From Lachnospiraceae bacterium (lineage in GTDB: Bacteria > Bacillota > Clostridia > Lachnospirales > Lachnospiraceae): a DNA stretch of 64,000 nt. The notes beneath the pieces were generated by a model. That model did not search any database and had not been told where the DNA came from. It worked only from the letters and a program-made list of their open reading frames with translations. Positions 29,475 to 39,357 of the stretch are shown here, piece by piece. The translations under genes were made by a program, and so were the position numbers. The stretch is from assembly GCA_022510685.1 (NCBI GenBank), contig JAFLTA010000008.1:13786-77785 (forward strand). The letters are read 5' to 3'. Numbering within the stretch: the first letter of the stretch is position 1; each line of letters begins with the position of its first letter.

Positions 29475-30311
29475 TTGGAGAAAAACGTTTCTGAACTATT
29501 CAAAAGTCTTGATGAAGAATTCCCATTATCGAGTCGTGAAATAGAGCCCAAGGAAATCTTAGGAGAACATTCTGATAAAAATAAATTCTATAGTTATTAT
29601 CTCTCAAGAATGTCACATGAAATCCGTTTATTATTAAATCATATCGTCACAGCGCAAATGTTTATGCGTATGCGTCCGGACGACAGGGAGAGAGTTCTGG
29701 AATGTCTTGATATCACGGACAGGCAATGCCGTTATATACGAAATATCCTCCACCAGTCAGTGTATATTAACCATTTGGAGACAGGAAAAATCGTGTGGGA
29801 GGATGCGCCCATCGTCTTGCGGGAAATCATAGAGCTGGCATTGGAGCAGATTTTTAAGGATTCCGGTGAAAGAAAACGGAATATACATATCAAAATGGAA
29901 AATGTCACCCATGATACGGTATATTATGATTTTCGCAGGCTTTACCGTATCTTTGAGCAGCTATTGGATAACAGTGTCAAGTTTACACAGGATGGCGGAG
30001 AAATCATCATAACAATTCGGGAAGTGTCCTGTCAGAATCGCGTTGCCGCTTATGAGTTTGTCATCAGTGACGATGGAATGGGGATTGAAGCAGAGTTTAT
30101 GGAGCAGTTGTTTACTCCCTTTTACCGGGCAGAGCGTGTGGCGCATGCGAGAATTCCGGGGGCAGGTCTAGGAATGACGATTGTGCATATTATATTAGAG
30201 ATACTGGGTGGAGATATCACTGTGGAGAGTGAACCGGATAAGGGAACGGTGTATACCGTAAAATTGAATATTCCGGTTTATGAACCGGATGAGAGAGGAA
30301 ATGAAACGTAG
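29475..30311 (+). CDS. Orphan cytoplasmic histidine kinase (HisKA plus HATPase)
   Basis: SRMSHEIR, LLDNSVKFT, DDGMG, FTPFYR, GAGLGM; no TM or sensor domain. Confidence 0.88.
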   Translation: MEKNVSELFKSLDEEFPLSSREIEPKEILGEHSDKNKFYSYYLSRMSHEIRLLLNHIVTAQMFMRMRPDDRERVLECLDITDRQCRYIRNILHQSVYINHLETGKIVWEDAPIVLREIIELALEQIFKDSGERKRNIHIKMENVTHDTVYYDFRRLYRIFEQLLDNSVKFTQDGGEIIITIREVSCQNRVAAYEFVISDDGMGIEAEFMEQLFTPFYRAERVAHARIPGAGLGMTIVHIILEILGGDITVESEPDKGTVYTVKLNIPVYEPDERGNET

Positions 30312-31797
30312 CATAGCGTTGTATTTGCGATTATCCAAGGCAGAAATGGCAGGAAGTGTCAGCGGTAGTATCGCAAGGCAGAGACTGTTTCTGTGGGACT
30401 GGATGAATGGAGAAGGTCTGAATACCGGTGGTGTGCCGGAATATACGGATGATAGTCGGGATGCCGGCGGTGTGCCGAAATATATGGATGATAGTCGGCC
30501 TGCTGGTGGTGTGTCGGAATATACGGATGATAGTCGGGCTGCCGATGGCGTGTTGGAGTTTGTGGATGATGGGTATAGTGGCATGACCGAGAATCGTCCC
30601 GGGTATGAGAAGTTATTGGCGGGAGTGCTTACCGGAAAAATCGGTATGGTGTTGGTGAAGGATTTTTCGAGACTATCCAGAGACCATTTGGTACTTGCGG
30701 AGCTGCGGGAGTATATGTTTCCCTTGTATGGAGTGCGTCTGGTAGCTCCGGGAGACAGTTACGACAGTTTATATACATCTGAGGAGGGGCTGGGCTACAG
30801 TTTTCGCAGTCTTTTTTATGAATATTATTGTCACGATATTTCGAGAAAAGTGAAAAAAGCCTTGCAGGCGAAAAAAGAAAACGGAGAGTATGCCACAGGG
30901 GCAGTGCCCTTTGGGTATGAGAGTATAAACGGAATATGGCAGATACAACCGGAGGAAGCGGACATCCTCCGGTTTTTATTTGGAGAGGTGGCAGCGGGAA
31001 AGAGTTACCGGGAGGCGGGAGAATGCGTCGGTATGGAGGCAGCCAGAGTGTGGTATCTCCTTCATAATCCGGTATATTTAGGGCATCAGGTCTGGCATCG
31101 CTATGAAAATCACATTGGCAGAAAGAAAAAAACGAGTGCAGTGTGCAGAGAGGATTGGTGTATACGACGGAAAGCTCATGAGGCGATTATAGATGAGGAT
31201 GTTTTTTGGCAGATTCAGCATAGGGGGAATGCGATTCAAAGGGATGGCGCAGCAGAGAATGAAGGTGCTGTACAACAGGATGGCATAACACAACGGGATA
31301 GGCGTGCCGGTGGGAGCAGACATATTTTTTCGGGGATTACAAAGTGCAGGGATTGCGGTAGGGCATTGGTCCGGGGAAGAAGAAAGAGAGGACTGCTTTG
31401 TTGCAGACACTGTACGGGCAGAGAGGCGGAGAGGATTAGCATACGGGAGCTTTTGGAGATTTGCCGGTTGAAAGTAGTAGAGCAGTATGGGAAAGAGATA
31501 TTGGGGGAGGATATTGTGAAAGTGTTAATATCCTGTGAAAAGGGTCTTATGGTAGGAGATGAGAAAAAGGTTTATGAGGCTGATGTCAGTACAGAACAGA
31601 AAAACACATATATCGATACGGATACAGTGCGTGCCATCTTGCAGGGATTTTTTCGGCGAATTGAGGTGGCAGGTAATGGGGATGTGTGGATTGGGTGGAA
31701 TTTTACAGAAAGTGTGTGTTCGTTGCAAAAGTATACGGAAATGAGTATACTAGGACAAACGAGAGAGGATAATAGAGAGAGAAGGGAGGGATATTGA
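30301..31797 (+). CDS. Large serine recombinase family protein, possibly decaying
   Basis: YLRLS catalytic motif, DDGYSG..ENRPG, VKDFSRLSR, PFGY, NPVYLG, HEAII, Zn ribbon CRDCG. Confidence 0.85.
   Translation: MKRSIALYLRLSKAEMAGSVSGSIARQRLFLWDWMNGEGLNTGGVPEYTDDSRDAGGVPKYMDDSRPAGGVSEYTDDSRAADGVLEFVDDGYSGMTENRPGYEKLLAGVLTGKIGMVLVKDFSRLSRDHLVLAELREYMFPLYGVRLVAPGDSYDSLYTSEEGLGYSFRSLFYEYYCHDISRKVKKALQAKKENGEYATGAVPFGYESINGIWQIQPEEADILRFLFGEVAAGKSYREAGECVGMEAARVWYLLHNPVYLGHQVWHRYENHIGRKKKTSAVCREDWCIRRKAHEAIIDEDVFWQIQHRGNAIQRDGAAENEGAVQQDGITQRDRRAGGSRHIFSGITKCRDCGRALVRGRRKRGLLCCRHCTGREAERISIRELLEICRLKVVEQYGKEILGEDIVKVLISCEKGLMVGDEKKVYEADVSTEQKNTYIDTDTVRAILQGFFRRIEVAGNGDVWIGWNFTESVCSLQKYTEMSILGQTREDNRERREGY
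30427..30573 (+). repeat. 39-bp in-frame tandem repeat (three copies plus the original) within the recombinase catalytic domain
   Basis: GGVPEYTDDSRDA / GGVPKYMDDSRPA / GGVSEYTDDSRAA / DGVLEFVDDG. Confidence 0.95.
31723..31751 (+). promoter_or_regulatory. Putative sigma-A promoter for the Y-family polymerase, inside the recombinase 3' tail
   Basis: TTGCAA-N17-TATACT. Confidence 0.55.
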
Positions 31798-33320
31798 TGC
31801 CGGCAGAGGAACACACATATATTGCGATTGATTTAAAGTCTTTTTATGCTTCAGTGGAATGTGTGGAGAGAGGCTTAAATCCATTGACTACCAATCTGGT
31901 AGTGGCAGATTTAAGCCGGACGGAGAAGACGATTTGTCTGGCGGTATCCCCTTCTTTAAAAGCCTATGGAATTTCCGGACGCGCGAGGTTGTTTGAGGTG
32001 GTACAGCGTGTACGGGAAGTGAATGCGGAGAGGAGGCAGAAAGCACCGGGAAGAAAGTTTACCGGAGAATCTGCACAGGCAGAGGAGTTGAAGGCCAGTC
32101 CGGAGTTGGAACTGTCTTATATCGTGGCACCGCCGCGAATGGCATACTATATGGAATACAGCACCCGTGTTTTTAAGGTGTACCTAAACTATATCGCACC
32201 GGAGGATATGCATGTCTATTCTATTGACGAGGTGTTTATGGATGTAACGCATTACTTGTCCGCTTATGGAATGAGTCCTAGGGAGTTAGCCGGCAAAATC
32301 GTACAGGATGTTTTGGATATCACAGGCATAACGGCAACGGCAGGAATCGGTTCCAATTTATATTTGTGCAAGGTTGCCATGGATGTACTGGCAAAGCATA
32401 TTGAGCCGGATGAACAGGGGGTGCGTATCGCCCAGCTAAACGAAATGGAGTACCGAAAACTCTTATGGGGGCATCGACCCATAACTGACTTTTGGCGTGT
32501 AGGCAGAGGATACGCTAAGAGGTTGGCTGCTGAGGGACTATACACCATGGGTGATGTGGCGCGATGCTCTATCGGAAAAGAGTCTGACTATTATAACGAA
32601 GATTTATTATATAAGATATTTGGAATAAACGCAGAGCTTCTCATTGACCATGCGTGGGGCTATGAGCCATGTACCATTGCACAAATTAAAGCGTACAAGC
32701 CATCCAGCAATAGTATTAGTTCAGGACAGGTGCTGCAGAGTCCGTATGATTATGAAAAAGCGAAGCTGGTAGTACGGGAAATGACGGATTTGCTGGTGCT
32801 GGATTTGGTGGATAAGAAGCTTGTCACGAATCAGATGGTGCTGACCGTGGGATATGATATTGACAATCTGAAGTCGGGCAAAGGCGGGTACAAAGGGGAA
32901 GTGGTTTCCGACCGCTATGGCAGAAAGATACCGAAGCATGCCCATGGCACCATTAATCTGGAGAAAAAAACATCCTCTACAAAGCGTATTATCGAGGCGG
33001 TGATGGAGCTGTATGAACGCATTGTCGAGCCGGGGCTGTTAGTGCGGAGGATTACCGTTACAGCGGCAAAGGTAGAGGATGAAAGCAAAGCGTTTGAAGA
33101 GAATACTTACGAGCAGCTCAGCCTGTTTACGGATTATGAGAAAAGGCAGGAGGAAGAGGCAGAGGAAAAGGCAAGTCTGGAGAAAGAGAGAAATATTCAG
33201 GAGGCTTTGATAAGCATAAAGAAAAAATACGGGAAAAATGCCATCCTGAAGGGAATGAATCTGGAGGAGGGAGCAACCGCCAAGGATAGGAACCGACAGA
33301 TAGGAGGACACCGGGCGTAG
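31794..33320 (+). CDS. Y-family error-prone DNA polymerase (UmuC/DinB/ImpB-like)
   Basis: IDLKSFYASVEC, YSIDE, GIGSNLYLCKVAMD, C-terminal GGHRA. Confidence 0.93.
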   Translation: MMPAEEHTYIAIDLKSFYASVECVERGLNPLTTNLVVADLSRTEKTICLAVSPSLKAYGISGRARLFEVVQRVREVNAERRQKAPGRKFTGESAQAEELKASPELELSYIVAPPRMAYYMEYSTRVFKVYLNYIAPEDMHVYSIDEVFMDVTHYLSAYGMSPRELAGKIVQDVLDITGITATAGIGSNLYLCKVAMDVLAKHIEPDEQGVRIAQLNEMEYRKLLWGHRPITDFWRVGRGYAKRLAAEGLYTMGDVARCSIGKESDYYNEDLLYKIFGINAELLIDHAWGYEPCTIAQIKAYKPSSNSISSGQVLQSPYDYEKAKLVVREMTDLLVLDLVDKKLVTNQMVLTVGYDIDNLKSGKGGYKGEVVSDRYGRKIPKHAHGTINLEKKTSSTKRIIEAVMELYERIVEPGLLVRRITVTAAKVEDESKAFEENTYEQLSLFTDYEKRQEEEAEEKASLEKERNIQEALISIKKKYGKNAILKGMNLEEGATAKDRNRQIGGHRA

Positions 33321-33406
33321 AATTGAAAGGTAAGCATAACAGGGATTTCGGCAACCCCAAAAGCCGGAAAGGACACCGGGCGTGATAATGGATAGATGAG
33401 CATAAC
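33305..33406. repeat. Direct repeat of the polymerase gene end (period ~65 bp)
   Basis: AGGACACCGGGCGT at 33305 and 33370; AGCATAAC at 33333 and 33399. Confidence 0.8.
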
Positions 33407-33461
33407 GGCAAGGCGAAACAGGATTCAGATGGGCGACGTGATGTCGGGAGAAGAGGTTAGT

Positions 33462-33932
33462 ATGAAAGAAAAGGATGAACTTTGGCAAAATGATATCAAT
33501 GAAGAATTGGCAGCGTCTCTTATAGGAACTGTGCAGGAAAACTATGGAGATATGATTGATATGCCCCGTCCTGTCTCGAAAAAACACCCACCTATGTCCC
33601 CGGAGGACCGTGCGGCACAGTTTTCTCCCTTTGCGGCTTTGACAGGGCATGAGGCGGCAATCCGGGAAACGGCTCGGTGGACGGACCGGCGAATAGAATT
33701 GGATGAAGACAGTCGGGAAATTTTGGACAGAGCCTTTCAGGAAGTGTTAGATCATATGGATGAGCATCCTTTAGTGACAGTGACATATTTTCAGCCGGAT
33801 ACGAAAAAGGAGGGTGGGACATACATTACCGTTCAGGGACATGTACGTAAATTCAAGGCGTTTGAGCAGATACTTGTGTTGGAGGAGACCGAGATTGGGA
33901 TGCAGGATATTGTGGCGTTAGTGAAGTGTTGA
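33462..33932 (+). CDS. YolD-like protein (Y-polymerase partner)
   Basis: HPPMSPEDRAAQFSPFAALTG; VTYFQPDTKKEGGTY. Confidence 0.85.
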   Translation: MKEKDELWQNDINEELAASLIGTVQENYGDMIDMPRPVSKKHPPMSPEDRAAQFSPFAALTGHEAAIRETARWTDRRIELDEDSREILDRAFQEVLDHMDEHPLVTVTYFQPDTKKEGGTYITVQGHVRKFKAFEQILVLEETEIGMQDIVALVKC

Positions 33933-34002
33933 ATCATTTCCCTATAGCATAAAAATTTACTATATTTAAAATATAATATACAAAAGGAATTTTATTTGTT
34001 AT

Positions 34003-34170
34003 ACTAGTGTAATGATTTGCAATTAACCGGACTGTATTCTTGCCTGAATTTTCGTATGCAGTGTTACTTTTTCTTGACGTAGCCACCGCTACGCCTGCGA
34101 AAAACTGCCTTGCATACGAAAGATTCATTCGGCGAATACAGTCTGGTTATTACAAAACCATTACACTAGT
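34003..34170. mobile_element. ~168-bp hairpin element with CTAG-containing terminal inverted repeats (MITE/REP-like)
   Basis: ACTAGTGTAATG...CATTACACTAGT; whole element self-complementary; partial copy at 51881. Confidence 0.75.
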
Positions 34171-34219
34171 CTTTACTATGGATAAATATGTGTTTTATTT
34201 TATGGAGGATACCAAAGAT

Positions 34220-35923
34220 ATGAAAACAAGAAAAACCAGTATTTCCGCGAAGCTTTTTCTATTTATTTTAGGGGCGGCTATCATTGTAGCTTTGATTGTA
34301 GGTGGAGTTTCCTATATAACTATGGGTGATTTTCTCCGAAAAAAGACGATGGACAGCGTTACGGAAATTGCTGTGATTGCGGCAGAAAATGTAGACGGTT
34401 CCACTTTTGCAAAAGCAGTGGCGGGAGATGCGGCGGCTATGGATGCAGTTAAGGATTCTCTGAGTTTTTTCTTGACAGGAGAATCAGTAACTTATGTATA
34501 TACTTTGATGCCAAAGGATGAGAAAAATTTTCAATTTGTTGTGGACACGGATCCGGACGACCCCGGTGAATATGGGGAAGATTATGAGGCACAGGATGCC
34601 ATGTTTGAAGCTATGGAGGGAAATTTTTCTGTAACGAAAGAGCCGTTTACTGATGAGTGGGGGACCTTTTACAGTGGCTATGCGCCGATTTCCTATGAGG
34701 GAGAAGTTCTCGGAATGGTTGCTGTAGATTATGAGGCTTCTTCTATACAGAAATCTCTATACCGTTTGATACGCAATATTATGATTGCCGTGGTAATAGG
34801 TGTTTGTTTTGCCGTATTTGTGGCTGTTATAGCTGCAACCAGAATCCGGCGTAATTTCGTCAAAGTAAACGATAAGATTTTGGAGGTATCGTCCTCTGAC
34901 GGGGATTTGACAAAAGTATTGGAAGTTTCTTCCGGTGACGAGCTGGAAGTAATTGGAAATAATCTGAATCTGCTCCTCCAAAAAACAGGTCATACGGTGA
35001 AAGAAGTCAAGAGTGGAACCGGTAATATTGAAACACAAATGCAGGATATTAAGTCCCATATATCGAATTCCGTTTCCCGTATTGGCAATATAAGCAATAC
35101 AATGAATTCCATGGTGGCATCTTCACAGGAAATAGCGGCGACGATAGAGACAGCGGAAGAAGAGTTGGATTTTGTGTATAAGGATATTCAGGAAATTGTG
35201 AATATTGTCACAGAAAATACAGAGAATTTGCGCGAGATAAACGATTCTTCCATAGAACTGAATAATATAGCAAAAGCATCTTCCGCAACTATTTTGGAAA
35301 ATGCAGAGAGAATGTCAGAGCGTTTAGGAAAAGAAAAAGAGGATGCGAATGCCGTACTGAAAATTAAAGAGTTATCGGATAACATTTTGAATATTTCCGA
35401 GCAGACGAATCTGTTGGCATTAAATGCTTCTATAGAGGCGGCAAGAGCCGGGGAGGCAGGCAAGGGCTTCTCCGTAGTGGCGGCAGAAATTGGTTCATTG
35501 GCTAACAGTACCAACGATGCTGCAAATGAAATCCAGGAAATGAGTAGTAACGTTGTTGAGGCGATAGAGGGACTGAATGGTCTGGCAGACCAGATGCTTG
35601 CCCTTTTGCGCGAGGAGATTTCTCTGGATTATGTGAAATTTGGTGATGCTTCCCGGATTTTTACAGATAAATCGTCAAATATCAGAAAATCTATGGAGCA
35701 GTTGCAGCAAATCACAGAACAGTATGCAAAATCACTGGAACATATTAAGGATTCCATGTTGACAGTCTCTGCTGCATCTGAGGATAACAGCGGGGAAATC
35801 ATACATGTTTCGGAAGAGCTTTCCTCTATGGATAATGATATGAAAAACATTGGCGAATCCATTGGAGAAACGTTCTCCTCCATTTCGGATATGAACACCG
35901 ATTTGAGCAGTTATCGTGTGTAA
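34220..35923 (+). CDS. Methyl-accepting chemotaxis protein (2 TM, HAMP)
   Basis: [27 protein letters not shown]; GGAGG RBS. Confidence 0.93.
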   Translation: MKTRKTSISAKLFLFILGAAIIVALIVGGVSYITMGDFLRKKTMDSVTEIAVIAAENVDGSTFAKAVAGDAAAMDAVKDSLSFFLTGESVTYVYTLMPKDEKNFQFVVDTDPDDPGEYGEDYEAQDAMFEAMEGNFSVTKEPFTDEWGTFYSGYAPISYEGEVLGMVAVDYEASSIQKSLYRLIRNIMIAVVIGVCFAVFVAVIAATRIRRNFVKVNDKILEVSSSDGDLTKVLEVSSGDELEVIGNNLNLLLQKTGHTVKEVKSGTGNIETQMQDIKSHISNSVSRIGNISNTMNSMVASSQEIAATIETAEEELDFVYKDIQEIVNIVTENTENLREINDSSIELNNIAKASSATILENAERMSERLGKEKEDANAVLKIKELSDNILNISEQTNLLALNASIEAARAGEAGKGFSVVAAEIGSLANSTNDAANEIQEMSSNVVEAIEGLNGLADQMLALLREEISLDYVKFGDASRIFTDKSSNIRKSMEQLQQITEQYAKSLEHIKDSMLTVSAASEDNSGEIIHVSEELSSMDNDMKNIGESIGETFSSISDMNTDLSSYRV

Positions 35924-35963
35924 TTTGCAACGATTGCTTTATAGGAATATAAATAACAGGTAT

Positions 35964-36000
35964 AGGGCACTGATAGGGATATCAGTGTCCTTTGTTTTGT
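35964..36000 (+). terminator. Rho-independent terminator
   Basis: AGGGCACTGATA...TATCAGTGTCCT plus T-rich tail. Confidence 0.8.
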
Positions 36001-36176
36001 TGTATCATTAATTTATCGAATAGGAAAATGCGAATCATAGATTCCAAACCTTTGCTTACACCATGCCGGTAATATGAATTCTTGAATTATTTGAGAAAGA
36101 AAAGAATAAATTAATAGTAGCGGATGGTTTATTTGAGCAGGAAATGTGGAATCTTATTACTGTAGGAGGTGGCAGA

Positions 36177-37085
36177 ATGATTTACACAGTGACATTTAAT
36201 CCATCGCTGGATTACGTTGTAACCGTTGATGACTTTAAGATTGGCAGGACAAACCGCACGGATTCAGAGTATATGATTCCTGGGGGAAAAGGAATCAACG
36301 TATCGATGATGTTGCGAAATCTGGGGTTCGATAATATCGCCCTAGGATTTGTGGCGGGATTTACCGGAACAGAAGTTATGAAGCGTTTGGAAGCACTGGA
36401 TGTGAGTAACGAATTTATTCGGATTGAGGAAGGCTTTACCCGAATTAATCTGAAATTAAAGTCGATTGACGGGACGGAAATTAACGGTCAGGGACCCGTA
36501 ATCAGTGAAGAAAAGGTCAGGATGCTGATGGAACGTCTGAGCAGGTTAGAACAGGGAGATGTGCTCTTTTTGTCGGGGAGTATCCCGGCCTCTATGTCTA
36601 ATGATGCCTATCAAAAGATTATGGAGCTGTTAGAGGGAAAAGATGTTCGTATCGTGGTAGATGCGACAAAAGATCTGCTCATGAACGTGCTGGCATACCA
36701 TCCGTTTCTGATAAAGCCCAACAATCATGAACTGGGAGAAATTTTCGGTGTGGAACTTATGACGAGAGAAGCGGTTATTCCCTATGGAAAAAAATTACAG
36801 GAGATGGGGGCGCAGAATGTATTGATTTCCATGGCGGGAGAAGGAGCAGTGTTGATTGCCGCGGACGGCAGGATTTTTGAGACGCCGGCACCGGAGGGAA
36901 CCCTGATAAACGGAGTAGGAGCAGGAGATTCCATGGTTGCAGGATTTATGGCGGGATGGATGCAGAGACAGGATTATGAACATGCATTTTATATGGGTGT
37001 TGCCGCAGGGAGTGCCAGTGCATTTTCAGAGAACCTTGCGACAGGAGAGGAAGTTCAGACAGTATATCGTAAATTACAAGATTAA
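36177..37085 (+). CDS. fruK: 1-phosphofructokinase
   Basis: MIYTVTFNPSLDY, GGKGINVS, IKPNNHEL, GAGDSMVAG. Confidence 0.93.
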   Translation: MIYTVTFNPSLDYVVTVDDFKIGRTNRTDSEYMIPGGKGINVSMMLRNLGFDNIALGFVAGFTGTEVMKRLEALDVSNEFIRIEEGFTRINLKLKSIDGTEINGQGPVISEEKVRMLMERLSRLEQGDVLFLSGSIPASMSNDAYQKIMELLEGKDVRIVVDATKDLLMNVLAYHPFLIKPNNHELGEIFGVELMTREAVIPYGKKLQEMGAQNVLISMAGEGAVLIAADGRIFETPAPEGTLINGVGAGDSMVAGFMAGWMQRQDYEHAFYMGVAAGSASAFSENLATGEEVQTVYRKLQD

Positions 37086-37146
37086 TGCGGGGGTTTTAAA
37101 GCTTGCTGTGTAAATATTTAATAAAAAGGAAAGGAATAGAAGGGAA

Positions 37147-39057
37147 ATGAGGATTACCGATTTAATGGATGTAAGGAGTATTGACCTGACTGCGGCACCG
37201 GCGAGCAAGAATGAGGCTCTGGATGCCATCGTGGAGTTAATGGTGCAAAGCGGAAAGATCAACGACCCGGAAGCGTACCGTGAGCAAGTGTACGCCAGAG
37301 AGGAGGAGAGCACGACCGGCATCGGCGAGGGAATCGCAATTCCTCATGGGAAGTGTAATGCAGTCGATAAGCCCGGACTTGCGGCAATGGTCATACCGGA
37401 TGGTGTGGAATTTGATTCTCTGGATGGCGAGCCGGTGACGCTGATGTTTTTGATTGCAGCTCCGAATACAGAGGATAATGTGCATTTGGATGTACTCAGC
37501 AAGTTGTCTATGATGCTGATGGATGAGGAGTTTACGGAAAACTTAAGAAAAGCCAAGTCCCCGGAGGACTTTCTGGCAGTCATCGACAAGGCGGATGAGG
37601 AGAAAAAGAGTGTGGATGAGCGTCTGGCTGGTGAGGAAGAGGCAGAGAATGGTCAGGTAAAAATTCTGGCAGTGACCTCCTGCCCGACGGGAATTGCCCA
37701 CACCTATATGGCGGCAGAGGGAATTGAAAAAGCGGCAAAGGCAAAGGGATGTTTCGTAAAAGTCGAGACCAGAGGCTCCGGCGGAGCAAAAAATGTACTG
37801 ACGGCAAAGGAGATTGAGGAGGCTGACTGTATCATCGTGGCAGCGGACGCACAAGTTCCTATGGATCGATTTGACGGGAAAAAGGTGATTGAGCGTCAGG
37901 TTTCCGATGGTATCAACAAGGCAGATGAGTTAATCGATATAGCGGTTTCCGGAAATGTGCCGATTTATCACAGTAAAGATGGCGGTACACAGAGCCAGAC
38001 GACAAAGGCGGGTGGTGGCGTAGGTCACCAGATTTACACCCAGTTGATGAACGGTGTCTCGCATATGCTCCCGTTCGTAGTCGGCGGCGGTATCCTGATC
38101 GCGATTTCATTCCTGTTGGACGGTTTTTCGGTGGACTTGAATTCACTGGCTGATGCAGAAAAATCCAACTTTGGTTCCATCACACCGGTTGCTGCATTGT
38201 TTAATTCCATCGGTGGCACGGCGTTCGGTTTTATGTTGCCGATTCTGGCGGGATTCATTGCGATGGCAATTGGTGACAGACCTGCGTTGGCTGTCGGCTT
38301 TGTAGGAGGAATGATGGCAGCGAACGGAAGCTCCGGATTCCTGGGTGCGCTGGCGGCAGGTTTCGCAGCGGGATATCTGATTATCGGACTTCGCAAGCTT
38401 TGTGATAATCTGCCACAGGCAATTGAAAAGATTGCGCCGGTGCTGATTTATCCGGTTGTGGGAATTTTGCTGATTGGACTGGTGATGACGTATATCGTGG
38501 AACCTATCATGGGCGGTATCAACACGGCGATGAACAACGGACTGACCAGTATGAGTGATTCCAGCAAATTGATTCTCGGTCTGGTTCTTGGCGGTATGAT
38601 GGCAATCGATATGGGAGGTCCGTTTAACAAGGCAGCGTATGTGTTTGGCACAGCTGCAATTGCCGCAGGAAACTATGATATCATGGCAGCGGTCATGATC
38701 GGAGGTATGACCCCGCCGTGTGCAATTGCACTTGCAACATTGTTGTTTAAGGACAAATTTACAAAAGAGGAGAGAGAGTCCGGACCGACTAACTTTATCA
38801 TGGGTCTCGCCTTCATCACGGAAGGAGCGATTCCCTATGCTGCGGCAGATCCACTTCGTGTCCTGCCGTCCTGCATCATTGGTTCGGCAGTTGCGGGAGC
38901 ACTCTCCATGGTATTCGGATGTACACTCATGGCACCCCACGGCGGAATTTTCGTAGTACCGGTAATGGGGAATGCAGCTATGTATTTAGTGGCACTGGTG
39001 GTCGGGACAGTAGTTTCAACCGTGATGCTCGGTGTATTAAAGAAAAAAGTTGCTTGA
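37147..39057 (+). CDS. fruA: PTS fructose EIIABC
   Basis: AIPH (IIA), CPTGIAHTYMA (IIB), GVSHMLP, DMGGP, ITEGAIP (IIC). Confidence 0.95.
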   Translation: MRITDLMDVRSIDLTAAPASKNEALDAIVELMVQSGKINDPEAYREQVYAREEESTTGIGEGIAIPHGKCNAVDKPGLAAMVIPDGVEFDSLDGEPVTLMFLIAAPNTEDNVHLDVLSKLSMMLMDEEFTENLRKAKSPEDFLAVIDKADEEKKSVDERLAGEEEAENGQVKILAVTSCPTGIAHTYMAAEGIEKAAKAKGCFVKVETRGSGGAKNVLTAKEIEEADCIIVAADAQVPMDRFDGKKVIERQVSDGINKADELIDIAVSGNVPIYHSKDGGTQSQTTKAGGGVGHQIYTQLMNGVSHMLPFVVGGGILIAISFLLDGFSVDLNSLADAEKSNFGSITPVAALFNSIGGTAFGFMLPILAGFIAMAIGDRPALAVGFVGGMMAANGSSGFLGALAAGFAAGYLIIGLRKLCDNLPQAIEKIAPVLIYPVVGILLIGLVMTYIVEPIMGGINTAMNNGLTSMSDSSKLILGLVLGGMMAIDMGGPFNKAAYVFGTAAIAAGNYDIMAAVMIGGMTPPCAIALATLLFKDKFTKEERESGPTNFIMGLAFITEGAIPYAAADPLRVLPSCIIGSAVAGALSMVFGCTLMAPHGGIFVVPVMGNAAMYLVALVVGTVVSTVMLGVLKKKVA

Positions 39058-39083
39058 AAAAATTGATTGAAAAGAGGTTAAAA

Positions 39084-39341
39084 ATGAAAGAATATAAGTA
39101 TGTAATCACAGACCCTGAAGGGATTCATGCACGTCCTGCAGGACTTCTTGTCAAAGCGGCAAAAGAATTTACCTCCGATATCAAGATTGCCAAGGATGAT
39201 AAGGTGATGAGCTGTAAGGCGATTTTCGGAGTGATGGGGCTTGGCGCAAAGAAAGGTGACGAAGTGACGCTGACCTTTGAAGGCGCAGATGAAAATGAGG
39301 CATGTGAGGCAATCAGTAAATTTATGCAGGAAAATCTGTAG
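39084..39341 (+). CDS. ptsH: HPr phosphocarrier
   Basis: GIHARPA with His15; AGAGG RBS. Confidence 0.92.
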   Translation: MKEYKYVITDPEGIHARPAGLLVKAAKEFTSDIKIAKDDKVMSCKAIFGVMGLGAKKGDEVTLTFEGADENEACEAISKFMQENL

Positions 39342-39357
39342 GGGGAGACAAGGAGCT

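Noticed and set aside
30427-30573. 39-bp repeats (and the 27332 repeats) as a CRISPR array
   Set aside because: The units are contiguous, degenerate or in-frame coding, with no unique spacers and no cas genes.
31705-31722. LexA (GAAC-N4-GTTC) box upstream of the Y-family polymerase promoter
   Set aside because: Only the GTTC half-site matches (AAGT-GTGT-GTTC); the position is suggestive but the match is too weak to call.
30301-33932. Prophage, ICE or skin-like element around the recombinase and Y-polymerase
   Set aside because: No phage, relaxase or T4SS genes, no interrupted sigK, and no convincing att pair seen.
34040-34219. N-terminal extension of the MCP ORF given in the ORF track
   Set aside because: It runs through the hairpin element; a GGAGG RBS supports ATG 34220.
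38143-38940. Long antisense ORFs (for example 38143-38940, 33039-33650, 60196-60852)
   Set aside because: Shadows of well-supported genes on the opposite strand, with no motifs or RBS.
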